DNA of 64,000 nucleotides from Octopus sinensis. Taxonomy: Eukaryota. The notes beneath the pieces are model-generated. The model was not told where the DNA came from. It ran no database searches and was given only the letters and a program-made list of their open reading frames with translations. Shown here in pieces: positions 38,719 through 51,802 of the stretch. Location: positions 8,556,001-8,620,000 of the forward strand of contig NC_043002.1 of NCBI RefSeq assembly GCF_006345805.1, given 5' to 3'. Numbering within the stretch: the stretch's first letter is position 1; every line of letters begins with the position of its first letter. Both the position numbers and the translations under genes were made by a program.

Positions 38719-40015
38719 TAAATTGTAGAATTGATTACGTGAGAGGTCACAAGACTTTATTACGTTGTCTAAGAAACAGAGAAATGGAAACACACCACTA
38801 ATTATACGAGTAGATTAATTGAAACACAGAGGCAGTTTGAACAATTAGAAGCATGGTTGCATAAGCACTAATGAGTCATTATTGATGGATTTGTTTACGT
38901 GTAATTATATCTATATAGGCAAGGCAGTCTTGAAGAACCATCCTTCTCTATAATACTGATCATTGTAGGGGAATTTTAACTATGTAATATAGTAGAATAG
39001 CTCAGCCAATAATCAAACCTGACCCATTGATAGCTTAAACATAAAAATGTTTATTAATGAATATGTGAATACAAACATTTGTAATATAACTTGCTTGTTT
39101 GCCGAAGGAAAGGAAAATCTAATTGAAAGAAATTAAACTTTGGTTTTCTTCAAGTGAACTTCAAATAAGATAGAAATTATAAACACAAATGTCATAGATA
39201 TAATTCTCTCACATATTCTAGATTGCATGTTGAAAAATAAACAAGAAACAAGGAAAGAAAGCAGGAGAAAATGCTGACTTTTATCTAAGAAATTGAAAGA
39301 TATTTGAAAAAGACATCAATGGCATTTAAAAGAAGCATCAGAAGAACTAGCAGACTGGGTGAAATGGTGACAGTAATTAATTGTTTAAAGATGATAACTG
39401 TTCTAATGGCTCTACAAGTCCATTGTCATGTTATACATTTTGTTTTATTTCTTTTCCGCCTTCCTTTTTCCTTTGGCACATGTACGTTCTTATTGAAGCA
39501 GAAACTGAGTTAAGATGGCAACAGATAAAGGAAGAAAGTGTGAACTGAAATAAACAGTTCGCATGCCATCCAACATCTAGACTGGATATCAGTGAAAAAG
39601 TGAGCCATGTGATAAAAGGGGGAAAGGAATGCATTAAACAAATCAGCAACAAGCTGTTTTTGGAATGAGGAGGATAGGTAGTTCACAATTGTTGTGAACA
39701 GATTGTCCTAATGGCTTGTTTTCCCTGTTCAGACAGTCTCTCAATAAATGTTTGTGATGGGGTGACTGACTCATTGATAATATAGCCATTAGAAGGCAAG
39801 ACACTTTTAAACTAAACTTGAGGTTTTAAATACTACAAATTCTCTGGAGTAGATTAGTGCTTTGCCAACGGATCTGCCTGCTGATATAATTCCTCTGATG
39901 ATATATGAAGTGTCTGAACAATTTCTTTTACTCATGTTCTTTGATTTACAATGACTTTACAATGACTTCATTCTAGTAAAAAGGACTTTCACCAATCATA
40001 ATTTCATTGTAGAAC

Positions 40016-40330
40016 TCATCGTTTAACGTCTGCTTTCCATGCTAGCATGGGTTGGACGATTTTGACTGAGGGCTGGCGAACCAGATGGCTGCACCAGGCC
40101 CCAATCTTGATCTGGCAGAGTTTCTACAGCTGGATGCCCTTCCTAACGCCAACCACTCCAAGAGTGTAGTGGGTGCTTTTTACGTGGGCCGGTCAGGTGA
40201 TACTGGCAAAGACCTCGCTCGAATCCTTTTACACATGCCACCAGCACAGGTGCCAGTAAGGCGACATTGGTAATGGTCACGCTCGAATGGTGCCCTTTTA
40301 CATGTCACTGGCACAGAAGCCAGTTGGCTG
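40016..40330 (-). mobile_element. Retroposon family C
   Basis: Family C motifs. Confidence 0.85.
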
Positions 40331-40939
40331 CTAGGAATAATTATTGGCAGAGAGGGTACATTCAATTGAACCAATATTGTGTTATTACAGGTACTTATTT
40401 TACCAGAGACAAAACTAAATTTTGGTATAGATTTAGGATAGCACTGTACTTGACTTCACCATATTCACTGCCCTTAATAACATTTATAAATGATAATAAT
40501 GTTATGAGAACATCGGGGTAGTAAGATCTTATGATCCTCATACTAATTGAAGTTTTAGCTGTTCACTTGTTTTTTTTTTTTCCTCCAGTTTATTGGGCCA
40601 ATAAGAGGGTCAAGCAGAAAACTCTCTATTTCTTCCTGTCCCACCTCTCTCTGGCAGAACTTAGTCAGAACAGGGAACCAGAGGAAGTGAGCATTACCTC
40701 CTATTGTTTCACTTTGTCCTAATATAGGTGGACACTAAAGAGGGAACGGTTTTGTTATCCAGCTCTGTTTACGAGTGACCCCTCAGTTTATGGCCACAGG
40801 GTATCTTTTTTCTCATAAAAAACAGGGACATTTTCGTATGACGGCGCCAGAAAATGTTACAGGAGAAATTGGCTTCACCTCAATAGACGTCATTGATTGG
40901 TCGAAATTAAAGATTATATGTTTTTTTTTTAAAGTTTCA

Positions 40940-41212
40940 CCTCAGAGCTGCAGCCATGCTGATGCACCACCATTTTGTGCTACACTGTTATTACTAGGAG
41001 CCTCCTCTAATATGTGGCACTTGATGAAGAATGGAGTTTGATATAGCTACCCTCATTTGCACCTCTTGCCGCGAGGTAGGCTCATCTGGGACTCTCGACA
41101 GGAAGAGGTTGAGCTTTGATTTAAAAACCCCTACATCTACTTTGTGCAAGTTCCTCAGACTCTTTGGGAGAATATTAAAAAGCTGTGGGCCCTTGAAACC
41201 TAGGCTGTTACT
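40940..41212 (-). mobile_element. LINE 3' end (CR1/L2/Jockey group)
   Basis: NSLGFKGPQLFNILPKSLRN..VFKSKLNLFLSRVPDEP, a typical post-RT C-terminus. Confidence 0.7.
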
Positions 41213-41492
41213 ACCCATATGTTGATTTCCCTTATTTTATATCCATAAAATTTACCATTCACTTTACATATCTAACCTCAAAAGACTTTACTTCAAGAAA
41301 ATATACATAACACTATTTCTACAACTCATTTAATTCAAACATTGTTATTTTTATAAATGCTTGAAAATTCTTGCGTTTCTATTTCAAATTATTATCTCAT
41401 TCAAACCTTTACTTTTACAAACTTTTGGTCATTCTAACTACATGAAGCTATTTTATCATTCCTGCTGTAAGTATTCAGTTAAAATAATAATA

Positions 41493-41535
<43 letters not shown>

Positions 41536-42165
41536 TATTGAGATGAGCATTAAAAGAGAAGCAAAAAAAAATACACCATTTCTCAAGAATTTGATTGGCT
41601 ATATTTTAGGAAGAATCTGGGTGAATAAAAGATTATCAGGAGAATCCAGAAATAATTGCCATAACATAGCATCCTTTGTATTTTTGAAGACATCCAATCA
41701 AAAATTAATACCTAACTTAGCAGTTCTCAGAACTGATTCTACCAATCTCTGATAGGTTTAATGAGAGATTGATACATTGAATACTTGATGTATTTTTAAT
41801 TTGTAATTCTAAAATATTTCCAAAATTACATATCCAATTAACACTTTGCTGTTAGCAGTTGATTATGAGCACTTATAATAGCAAATGCATTGTTTCTGCA
41901 ATGCTCTTGCCAGCATCAACAGCTATCGTTTTAGCAAGAGAAAGAGCTCTATAATTTAACGATAATTTAGATTTCTTTTCAAAGAAATGTTTTCTTTCGT
42001 GAAAAATAAAAGTAAAAATTTAATTGATTTTCATTTTTAATCTAGCGAAAAATGAAGATTTTTCTTTTTTTTTTTTTTTTCCTCTGTCATATCGTTTTAG
42101 TCAATATTCTATAAAGGAGAGAATGGGATAAAACATGAAACAAAACAAAACAAAAAAAAAGCGAA

Positions 42166-42197
<32 letters not shown>

Positions 42198-42781
42198 AAT
42201 GATGATTGTAAACACCTTTGGGGATATCATTGAGTTGACAGCAAATAGTTAACAACTTCCTGTTTTCATATTAAGTGCTGACGGATCTGATGAAGATTAA
42301 TCTAAGATTGACGAATATTAAAAGAACACAACCTCTTCCAAATAAAATGACTGTCTTCGTGGTGACATCATACTGTATCACTAAGAAGCTGAGCAACGAG
42401 AGAAATACTAAATTCTATAAATGCAAAGCCAACTTCTGTTAATTAAGAAACTATACTTAATTAACATTTGCTTTGGTTAATTTAACGAAAGTTATTTTGA
42501 TATCAAAATGGCAAGTCCCATAGCTCACCGGATTGTAAAGGAAAATCTTATAATTTCATGTTAATGCAGTGTATGATGTGTAAAACAGCCTCGTGGGGGC
42601 CGACTCCAGTCAAAGCTACAAATAAGAACAAGAGGATTTGGATTTAATCCTTGAAGCCTATGGAATTTTATTCATTATTATGTAATGGTGAATTAGTAAG
42701 AAGAGAGTTGGAGAGAATGCCTTGTATTTATTCTGGCTCCTTTCTACACTCTAGATTCAAATCTTGCTAAGGTGAACATTA

Positions 42782-43014
42782 CCTATTTCTTTATTACCCA
42801 CAAAGGGCTAAACACAAAGAGGACAAACAAGGACTGACAAACGGATTAAGTCAATTGCATCAACCCCAGTGAGTAACTGGTACTTAATTTATCGACCCCG
42901 AAAGGATGAAAGGCAAAGTCGACCTCGGTGGAATTTGAACTCAGAACGTAACAGCAGACGAAATACGGCTACGCATTTCGCCCGACGTGCTAACAATTCT
43001 GCCAGCTCACCACC
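42782..43014 (-). mobile_element. SINE family B
   Basis: Full-length match to family B. Confidence 0.9.
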
Positions 43015-43313
43015 TTTCATCCTTTTTGGGATTGATTCTCTCTCTCTCTCTCTCTCACACACGCACACATCAGAAAGTGGTTCTTGTTGCACCTGAAGAG
43101 AGAGATGGCCTCTATCAGGTTTAAAAATAACCAAAACACATCAGGAGTTGATCAATGAAAAAGGAGCCTTTTTAGTAAAGTTGTGCAGCCCAGGATTCAT
43201 TTAGCTGAGAGTTCAAAACCGCATTCAGTCACCCATCCTGTATTAAGGTTATTATTAAGTAATGGTATTAGCAAGTCCATTACACTGACACTGGTATTTT
43301 AATGGTGCTTCCT

Positions 43314-43542
43314 TTAACCCTTTAGTGTTTAAACTGGCCAAATCCGGCCCAATATATTCTAGATGTTTTATATTCAAACTGGTGATATCTAGCCTCTCAC
43401 ACCTAATCTACAATGCCATTCTAAAAATAAACAATCCCATCATTGAAACCTCAAAGCTATAAGATAATCCAGGATTAATTCAAAACAATTTGAGTGAAAA
43501 AGTATTACATTTAACAGAATAATCTGCACACTAAAGGGTTAA
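43314..43542. mobile_element. piggyBac-type MITE, second family
   Basis: TTAA-CCCTTTAGTGT...CACTAAAGGG-TTAA; same length as the main family with a diverged interior. Confidence 0.75.
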
Positions 43543-43705
43543 GGAACCCAATGAGATTAAAAGAAAAGCTAAGTCAACAGTATTTGAACTCAGATCAGTA
43601 AAACAATGAACTAAGTAGACACCAATAAAGAATGAATCTGAGCACATTACTGACTGAACAATCTTTTTGCTAACATATGAGGTTAATGGCAAAAGAAAGT
43701 GGTGT

Positions 43706-44030
43706 TGTTGTTGTATTTAGGAATGGTCATTTTGCCAGTTTAACCAATAAAAACATATGTACTATATATTTGGTGTTACTTTGCTTCAGCTTTATTTATT
43801 TTTTACATTTATCTTAATATTGTTCGGTAAAGGACCACTGATGAGGTCACAGAAGTGTGACGAAAGAACTCTGGCCGAAATAAGATTAAGATTAATGTAA
43901 AAAATAAATAAAGCTGAAGCAAATTAACACCAAATATATAGTACATATGTTTTTATTGGTTAAACTGGCAAAATGACCATTCCTAAATACAACAACATCT
44001 GTTTCAACACACGATTTCACATCAAGAATC
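43706..44030 (+). mobile_element. Fold-back element with a hammerhead in the loop
   Basis: About 120-bp inverted arms at 43706-43827 and 43875-43997. Confidence 0.8.
43832..43876 (+). ncRNA. Minimal type-I hammerhead-like fold
   Basis: GGACCA-CUGAUGA-G-GUCACA GAAG UGUGAC-GAAA-GAAC-UC^UGGCC. Confidence 0.72.
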
Positions 44031-44309
44031 TTGCAAAACAAATATATAAACGTGACAAAGTGATGTTGATTACAAATCTATTTTATAGAAAGATATTAAT
44101 CCCATCAAATCACAGGGATTGGCAAAATCATACAGTATCTTACATCACTGGTAAATGACATAGATGAGGGAGCAATGTGTTCCTGTACAAGGCATTATTT
44201 TATCACAAGAAGATTTAAATCCAGGATAGTAACGCTTATGAATGATATGGTGCCCAGCTGCTTGCAGTAGTGAATTATATCAGCCTATGGTACTTATTTA
44301 TATAATTTC

Positions 44310-44710
44310 TTTTATTTCTTTTACTTGTTTGTCATTTGACTGCGGCCATGCTGGAGCACCACCTTTAGTCGAGCAAATCAACCCCGGGACTTATTCTTTG
44401 TAAGCCCAGTATTTATTCTATCGGTCTCTTATTTCCGAACCGCTAAGTGACGGGGACGTAAACACACCAGCATCGGTTGTCAAGCAATGCTAGGGGAACA
44501 AACACACACACACACAAACACACACATACATATATATACATATATACGACAGGCTTCTTTCAGTTTCCATCTACCAAATCCACTCACAAGGCATTGGTCG
44601 GCCTGGGGCTATAGCAGAAGACACTTGCCCAAGATGCCACGCAGTAGGACTGAACCCGGAACCATGTGGTTGGTTAGCAAGCTACTTACCACACAGCCAC
44701 TCCTGTGCCT
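44310..44710 (-). mobile_element. SINE family A
   Basis: Full-length match to family A. Confidence 0.9.
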
Positions 44711-44879
44711 ATAATGAAAAAAAAATTGTCTTACAGGAGGAAAGGCAATATCCATGACCTTTTGGAATGCTCCTGAGGTGGGAAAAAGAAAGGTGTTATG
44801 ATCAGGTCAGCACTAGGTCTGGAAGCACCCAGTGTCCAGGTGGGTGGTGTTGAACTAGGCAACAAAATAAGCCAACAGA

Positions 44880-45283
44880 GAATTATTTTGATGGCAATCC
44901 CTCAAGGTCGAGGATGATGGTCTTCGCGCAAATTTACTGGTGAGTCCGTAGGTGACCGATAAGACCAATTCTTGCTTGAAAAGATCGGTCGCAGTACGGA
45001 CATCTTGTGCCAGAAGGGAGAGTCGCACATGGTTGTTGTTGGCGCTCCTTCCGTCGTCGTCTTTTCTCCTCCAGCTCTGCAGACCTTTTCGACTCGAAAG
45101 TCGCCGTTCCCTCATGGATGGTGGTTTTCCAGAGTGGTCTGTTTTTGCCGTTTCCTCCCAGTTAGTGAAGTCGATGTCACACTTTTTGAGGTTCGTTTTC
45201 AGGGAGTCCTTGTAGCGTTTCTTCTGGCCTCCTTTTGTACGCTTGCTGTCTTTGAATTGGGAGTAGAAGATCTGTTTGAGAAT
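44880..45283 (-). mobile_element. RTE (BovB-like) LINE 3' end
   Basis: KQIFYSQF..GGQKKRYKDSLK..CDID, then a C-terminal C2H2-like CPYCDRSFQARIGLIGHLRTH. Confidence 0.8.
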
Positions 45284-45634
45284 TAAATGTCTGCATCAAA
45301 GACAAAGAATGTCAGTACTCAAGAGACTGGGTACAAATTTGGTAACCCTTCAGCTATTTAACCAGCTTATCAAGCACTCACCCAGCTGTGACTAAACAAA
45401 GGATTAATAATTCATAAGTGACTAGATATCACATGACTAGATATCAACAGCTTCCTCGTTATTATGAAAGAAATTTTTAAAAAGTAAAAATAAATCCATG
45501 CAGCTTATCTCACTTATTACAGCAGGACTGATTATAAAGAGTGTTTCATGATTGAACATAAAGAAGCAATTAAAAAGTAATTGACCCACCACCACACACA
45601 TGCACACACAGAAACACACACACTAATAATACAA

Positions 45635-46060
45635 AGTGGCTGTGTGGTAAGTAGCTTGCTTACCAACCACATGGTTCCGGGTTCAGTCCCACTGCATGGC
45701 ACCTTGGGCAAGTGTCTTCTACTATAGCCTCGGGCCGACCAAAGCCTTGTGAGTGGATTTGGTAGACGGAAACTGAAAGAAGCCCGTCGTATATATGTAT
45801 ATATATATATATATGTATGTATGTGTGTGTGTGTGTACTTGTGTGTCTGTGTTTGTTCCCCTAGCATTGCTTGACAACTGATGCTGGTGTGTTTATGTCC
45901 CCGTCACCTAGCGGTTCGGCAAAAAGAGACCGATAGAATAAGTACTGGGCTTACAAAGAATAAGTCCCGGGGTCGAGTTGCTCGATTAAAGGTGGTGCTC
46001 CAGCATGGCCACAGTCAAATGACTGAAACAAGTAAAAGAGTAAAAGAGAGTAAAAGAGTA
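45635..46060 (+). mobile_element. SINE family A
   Basis: Matches family A. Confidence 0.9.
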
Positions 46061-47917
46061 TGGGTAGAAATATACAAACCAACATACGGACATACATAGA
46101 AGCATATAAAATCTGCAGTCAAGCTGTTATATGATCAGTGTTGATATAGCTTAAATTCCATTATCTCAGTATAAAAACTGGAGTTTAATTGATAAAACAC
46201 TACTAAACCAATTCTTTGTATAACGAGTAGATTATGCAGACAGTTATCTTCACTTAATTGTTAGTCTGAAGAGAAAAATGTATAATTTAGATTGTAAAAA
46301 CCGTCCAGCACAGCAACAAGTGGAAGAGAGCCAGGACAGTTAATGACAATCAGAGGAATTTGAGATGATTATTGGTACTAGAGCATTAACGACAATAAAT
46401 TTCAGCCTCTGATGAAGAAACACTGTCAAAAATATTTTCCTCCTGATTGCAGTAAAATAACTAAACTTCCTTGGTCTGCTAGAGATAACAGCTGAATTTC
46501 CTTAATTTAGACTTTATGACCTTAATAAAGAAAGTCTACACTGAACAATGTAATTCATACATATTCAAAAAGACAGAATATTCTTTTATTCTTTTACTTG
46601 TTTCAGTCATTTGACTGTGGCCATGCTAGAGCACCACCTTTCATCAAACAAATCGACCCCAGGACTTATTCTTTGTAAGCCTACTACTTATTCTATCGGT
46701 CACTTTTTGAATATTAATTAAGGGGATTTAGAAAAATTTTTTTGAGAATATTCCTAGCAAATAAGGTATTAATTAGCACACATATCAAAAACCTTTAAAA
46801 TATAATGGAAAGGAGGTAACCAAGATAAAAAGATATATATATATGTTATAATTTCTAAATCTCTCTCGTGTGACCAGACTATCACATGTTGTTACCCATC
46901 ACTGGTTATGCACTTTGCATTGTTTTAGCCTTCAAATGATGCCACCCCACTGGCTGGGAGAACAGGGCAACTTTCCACACCAGTTGAAAAGAAAATTGGA
47001 GCAATGTGAAATGAAGTGTTTTGTTCAAGAACACAACATGGTGCCTGGTCCAGGAATCGAAACCACAATCTAGTGATTGTAAGTGCAACAACCTAACCAC
47101 TAGGTCATGCATCTTCACACACACACATACATGTGTGTGTGGGAGAGAGAAACAGGGATAGAGAGGGAGAGAGAGAGAGAGAGTGAGCATGTTTATTTAC
47201 ATGTGTATTAGTCCAACCCATGCTAGCATGGAAAGTGGACGTTAAACGATGATGATGATGTCTATAAGAAGTGCTTGCCTAAGGTGCCATATAAGGGAAT
47301 TGAAACTGAAATCACCTAGTTGCAAAGCTGCCAGTCCACTGCATTTTAGCAGTCTATGGGTAAGCAGTAGCTGACAGAATAAAGAATTCATTCACTTGAC
47401 ATTTCTAACTGATCATTCCATCTTTGCTGCTGAACCTGTTCAGTACCTCAGCAGGCTGTGTAACCCCAGGTCAGCCCTGATCAAATTGACCTATGATGGA
47501 AGTATGCCATCTGTGATCCCTCCACCTTTTTGCTAAACAGAATTACATTGTCTAGCATATTCTTTATTCAAGATGGTAGGGTGTGATTTTATGGGTATTT
47601 GGCTGTTATACCTAGTTTGAATGTAAAGTTGGATAACTATGTAGAAATTTAGGTTTGAAACTGTTTAGCTCTAAGTCAGGTCTCATCAAACAGACCTGTG
47701 ATTAAAAGCATTCCAGGCATGACCTTCCAATCTTGTTTCCAGTCAATGTGTTCAAGCCCACATTATCCTTTATATTATATATATTTGAATTTTTTGAGAT
47801 AATAAGGTGTGACTTGGACACTGAATTTTGTTATTATTTCTAGCATGTCAAGCCATCGGTTAGAATTTCCCTTCATGATATGTTAAGTTTGTTAATATGT
47901 AACAAAGGAATGTTTTC

Positions 47918-48326
47918 GGATCTTTTTGGTTTGAACAGCAGTTTTTAACATAATTTCTAGGTAACTAAAAAATTTTAAACTTCGTATACTGGTAGAATGT
48001 GTTTATAAAACATCTTTTTCTCTTGGCTTTATTGAGACAATTCTATAGTTTGTAAGATATTTGTTGTTTGTTTTTTTTCTTCAATTTCTGCAATTTCAAC
48101 CAATCACTGACGTCTATTGAGGTAAAAAACATTCTGTGCCATATGAATATGTCCCTTGTTTAAGAAACAGATTGGGTTTATTTACATTTCTGAAGAAAAA
48201 AAGATACCCTTCCCCCTAATCCTAAAACAGATTGAAATGCAATAGATCGATACTAGGGTCATAATTATGGGTGACAATTTCATATGACATCACTAGAAAA
48301 AACTGCTGTTCAAACCGAAAAGATCC
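47918..48326. mobile_element. Complete MITE with 29-bp TIRs starting GGATCTTTT
   Basis: GGATCTTTTTGGTTTGAACAGCAGTTTTT...AAAAACTGCTGTTCAAACCGAAAAGATCC; imperfect 7-8 bp TSD ATGTTT(T)C. Confidence 0.85.
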
Positions 48327-48544
48327 ATGTTTCTAATATGTGGAATATCAGGAAATAATTAACAGCACCACAAATGAAGAAATGAATAGTATTTTCCCCA
48401 ATCTGAAGATATTCTAAGCAACAGTGCTAACAGAACATACCTCACCATATTTAGCAATTATATCCAGATTACAAACAACCCGTAATATGTTACAAGATAT
48501 GTGCTCAATTTTGTCTCCTAGGTAAAACTAGTTCCATTGTTCTT

Positions 48545-48582
<38 letters not shown>

Positions 48583-49125
48583 ATTCATACCATTAATGCT
48601 GGTTGGAAACATAAACACGGCAATTCCTATATATCTTTCTCTTTAAAGAATTTCTTAACCTTCAAGCATACCTGAAAAATGCAATAGGAAGCCACTCCAG
48701 CCAACCCAACCCCATACAGTATAACAGTGTCAAAAGCTACATCCTCAAAGGAAATATACACGCTAGTTTTATATTGCGCACATGTGTGTGCGTCTGTGTG
48801 TGCCTGTGTGTGTGTGTGTGTGTGCTTGTTGTAAAAATTGTTGGATAGGATGCACAGCTAGTGTCAAGTTTATGATTGGCAACATTTCAAGGATTAAAAA
48901 AAAAAAACAGAAAGACGGTAGTAACCTTATATTCTTAAAGAACATGAGATAAAGTATAAAAAAAAAAAAAAAGAAAGCCTTACATGGAGTAAAACTAGAT
49001 TTGTCTCAAAATCCAGGTCAATAAGTTATATTGAGTAGCTTACAGTGTTTGGTATACTATGAACTAGTATAACTGAAGCTAATATCAATTGGAATGGTAT
49101 CTTTGAATCTAAAAATAATATAACA

Positions 49126-49690
49126 GGTGTAGGAGTGGCTGTGTGGTAAGTAGCTTGCTTACCGACCACGTGGTTCCGGGTTCAGTCCCACTGCATGGCA
49201 CCTTGGGCAAGTGTCTTCTACTACAGCTTCGGGCCGACCAAAGCCTTGTGAGTGGATTTGGTAGACGGAAACTGGAAGTAGCCCGTTGCATATATGTGTA
49301 TATATATATATATATATGCATGTGTGTGTGTGTATGTTTGTGTGTCTGTGTTTGTTCCCCCCGACATCACTTGACAACCAATGTTGGTGTGTTGACGTCC
49401 CTGCAACTTAGCGGTTCGGCAAAAGAGACCGATAGAATAAGTACTTGACAACCAATGTTGGTGGGTTGACGTCCTCGCAACTTAGCGGTTCGGCAAAAGA
49501 GACCGATAGAATAAGTACTTAACAACCAATGTTGGTGTGTTGACATCCCCGCAACTTAGCGGTTCGACAAAAGAGACCGATAGCATAAGTACTAGGCATA
49601 CAAAGAATAAGTCCTGGTGTCGATTTGCTCAACTAAAGGTGGTGCTGCAGCATGGCCACAGTCAAATGACTGAAACAACTAAAAGAGTAT
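49126..49690 (+). mobile_element. SINE family A with internal triplication
   Basis: About 74-bp unit TTGACAACCAATG...AATAAGTAC present three times (49371-49592). Confidence 0.9.
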
Positions 49691-50408
49691 AACAGTAAAA
49701 CAAACTGAAACAGGAAGATTTTCTTTTCATATATTTCGGTCTTAACAAATTATGTGTGCAGTAAGTGATATTTTATTTGTTTACCTATGTATCATTAGTT
49801 TTTAAAAAATTGTTCATCTCTTTTTTTTCAGCCAATCATATTCCATCTATAAACCCATTTTGCAAGTTATTTACTCACAGATGATATTTGACCAAAGAAA
49901 AGAGAAAACTTCTTCAGAGAAACAAATGATATAAAATAGATTGATTGCCTCAATCTAAAACATCAACTGTTTTCAATGAGCAGCTTTCAACTTTTAATGC
50001 CAGGAAGCGTTTATGGCAAGACTGGTTTCATATTGTATTTTATCTTTTATTTATTTGTCTGTTTCAGTTTCTTAATCAATCAATAACTTAAAATGGGGGT
50101 AAGAAGGAAAGATTAAATAAAAAAAAAACTAAAATATAGCAATAAAAATTTCTACCTTAGAAGACTTATATGAGATTTTTTCTTCTTTAAGTTTAAAAAA
50201 AATCAAAGCTACACACAAAAAAAACAGTAGCAACAATGTTATCCACTACAAAAATCTATTGTTAGCAAACTGGAGCCGAAAACCATAATATTTTGTTAGT
50301 TAACACAGGTAATAAACATATACTAAAAAACAAGAAATGTGAATTGTTTGCATAACTACTTTTGTGTGTGTGTTTGTATGTTGTCTTTCTTTATAAACTG
50401 TAAAATCA

Positions 50409-50615
50409 TCTCTATATATATATATAAACGGCAAAATGTCTGTGTGTGTGTGTGTGTGTGTATCCTTTATACAAATCCACAATATTTCAGTTAGAGGGCT
50501 TGCACTTTCTATGGTCATTTAAAACCGTCCAAGGGTGGTCATGCACATCTTTACATTTCCCCAGTCACCCCACAAATCCATTAAAAATCAATAGAAGTGA
50601 CTTTTTTGTGAATAA
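50409..50615 (+). mobile_element. Possible non-autonomous Helitron/Helentron 5' part
   Basis: TC-TATATATATAAA start followed by a (TG)n tract; no 3' hairpin or CTAG end seen. Confidence 0.3.
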
Positions 50616-50639
50616 ATCTTTCTTGCAAATATCTTCTGG

Positions 50640-50995
50640 TTTTGCTTCCCAACCATGTGCTTTTGGGCTCAGTCCCTCTGTATGGCACCTTGGGCAAGTG
50701 TCTTCTACTACAGTCCAAGGCTAACCAAAGTCTTGTGAGTGGATTTGGTAGATGGACACTGAAAGAAGTCCATGTGTGTGTGTGTGTGTGTGTGTGTCTG
50801 CATATGTGCGTGTGTGTGCATATGTGGGTACATGTGTGTGAGTTTGTTCTCATCCACCACTTAACAACCAGCTGTTGCTTTGTTTACATCCCCCAGGTGT
50901 TCAAATACTGATGTTCATTTATTTGACTAAACCCTTCAAAGCAGTGCTCCAGCATGGGTGCAGTTTGAAGACTAAAAACAGAAAAAGATAAAAAG
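50640..50995 (+). mobile_element. SINE family A, diverged
   Basis: GGCACCTTGGGCAAGTGTCTTCTAC...GGATTTGGTAGA core. Confidence 0.75.
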
Positions 50996-51266
50996 ACATA
51001 ATTGAAAATAAACAAAGGCATGAACCAATGAGGGAAACACCACAGAATCACTTGATCTGCTAAAAACAGCATTTGAATACTCTTTCAGATCATGTCCTAC
51101 TATCTTAGAAACGTAAGACAGAATGGATACGGTAATCTGAGATTAGTGATATGAGAGCTAATTCATGACTCAAGGGTGTAGGCTTTTGGATATGTGATAG
51201 ACTTTGAAAAAATTATTAAATATTGTTTATAAAAAAAACTTATCAGTAAACATTTGCCTAAAAGTA

Positions 51267-51312
<46 letters not shown>

Positions 51313-51390
51313 TAAGGGTAGAAATTGATATTTATCAATTAAGACCAGTGGTCTAGCATATTAAAAAAGAATCCGAAGATTAAAATATTT

Positions 51391-51802
51391 ATATATACCA
51401 ATTAAGGACTGAACACGAAAAGTGGACAGTCAACATGCTAGATATAGACGTCAAATCGCCATTCACCACAAAAGATTATGTTCTCAGATCAAACTCAACA
51501 CAAAACCATAGCAATAAACAAGTGAAAAATATACGAAATAAAATAATTACCCATGTACTAAATTAGTTTCAGCTGTTATTTTCCGCAAGGAAAACTGCAG
51601 CCATCATCAACATGGTCCGTTATAAATGTAATTTGCTGGACTAGATGCATGGGTAATTATTTTATTTCGTATATTTTTCACTTGTTTATTGCTATGGTTT
51701 TGTGTTGAGTTTGATCTGAGAACATAATCTTTTGTGGTGAATGGCGATTTGACGTCTATATCTAGCATGTTGACTGTCCACTTTTCGTGTTCAGTCCTTA
51801 AT

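Noticed and set aside
42283-42320. CTGATGA motif
   Set aside because: No properly placed GAAA, stem III or stem I; the same applies to the motifs near 46409 and 62023.
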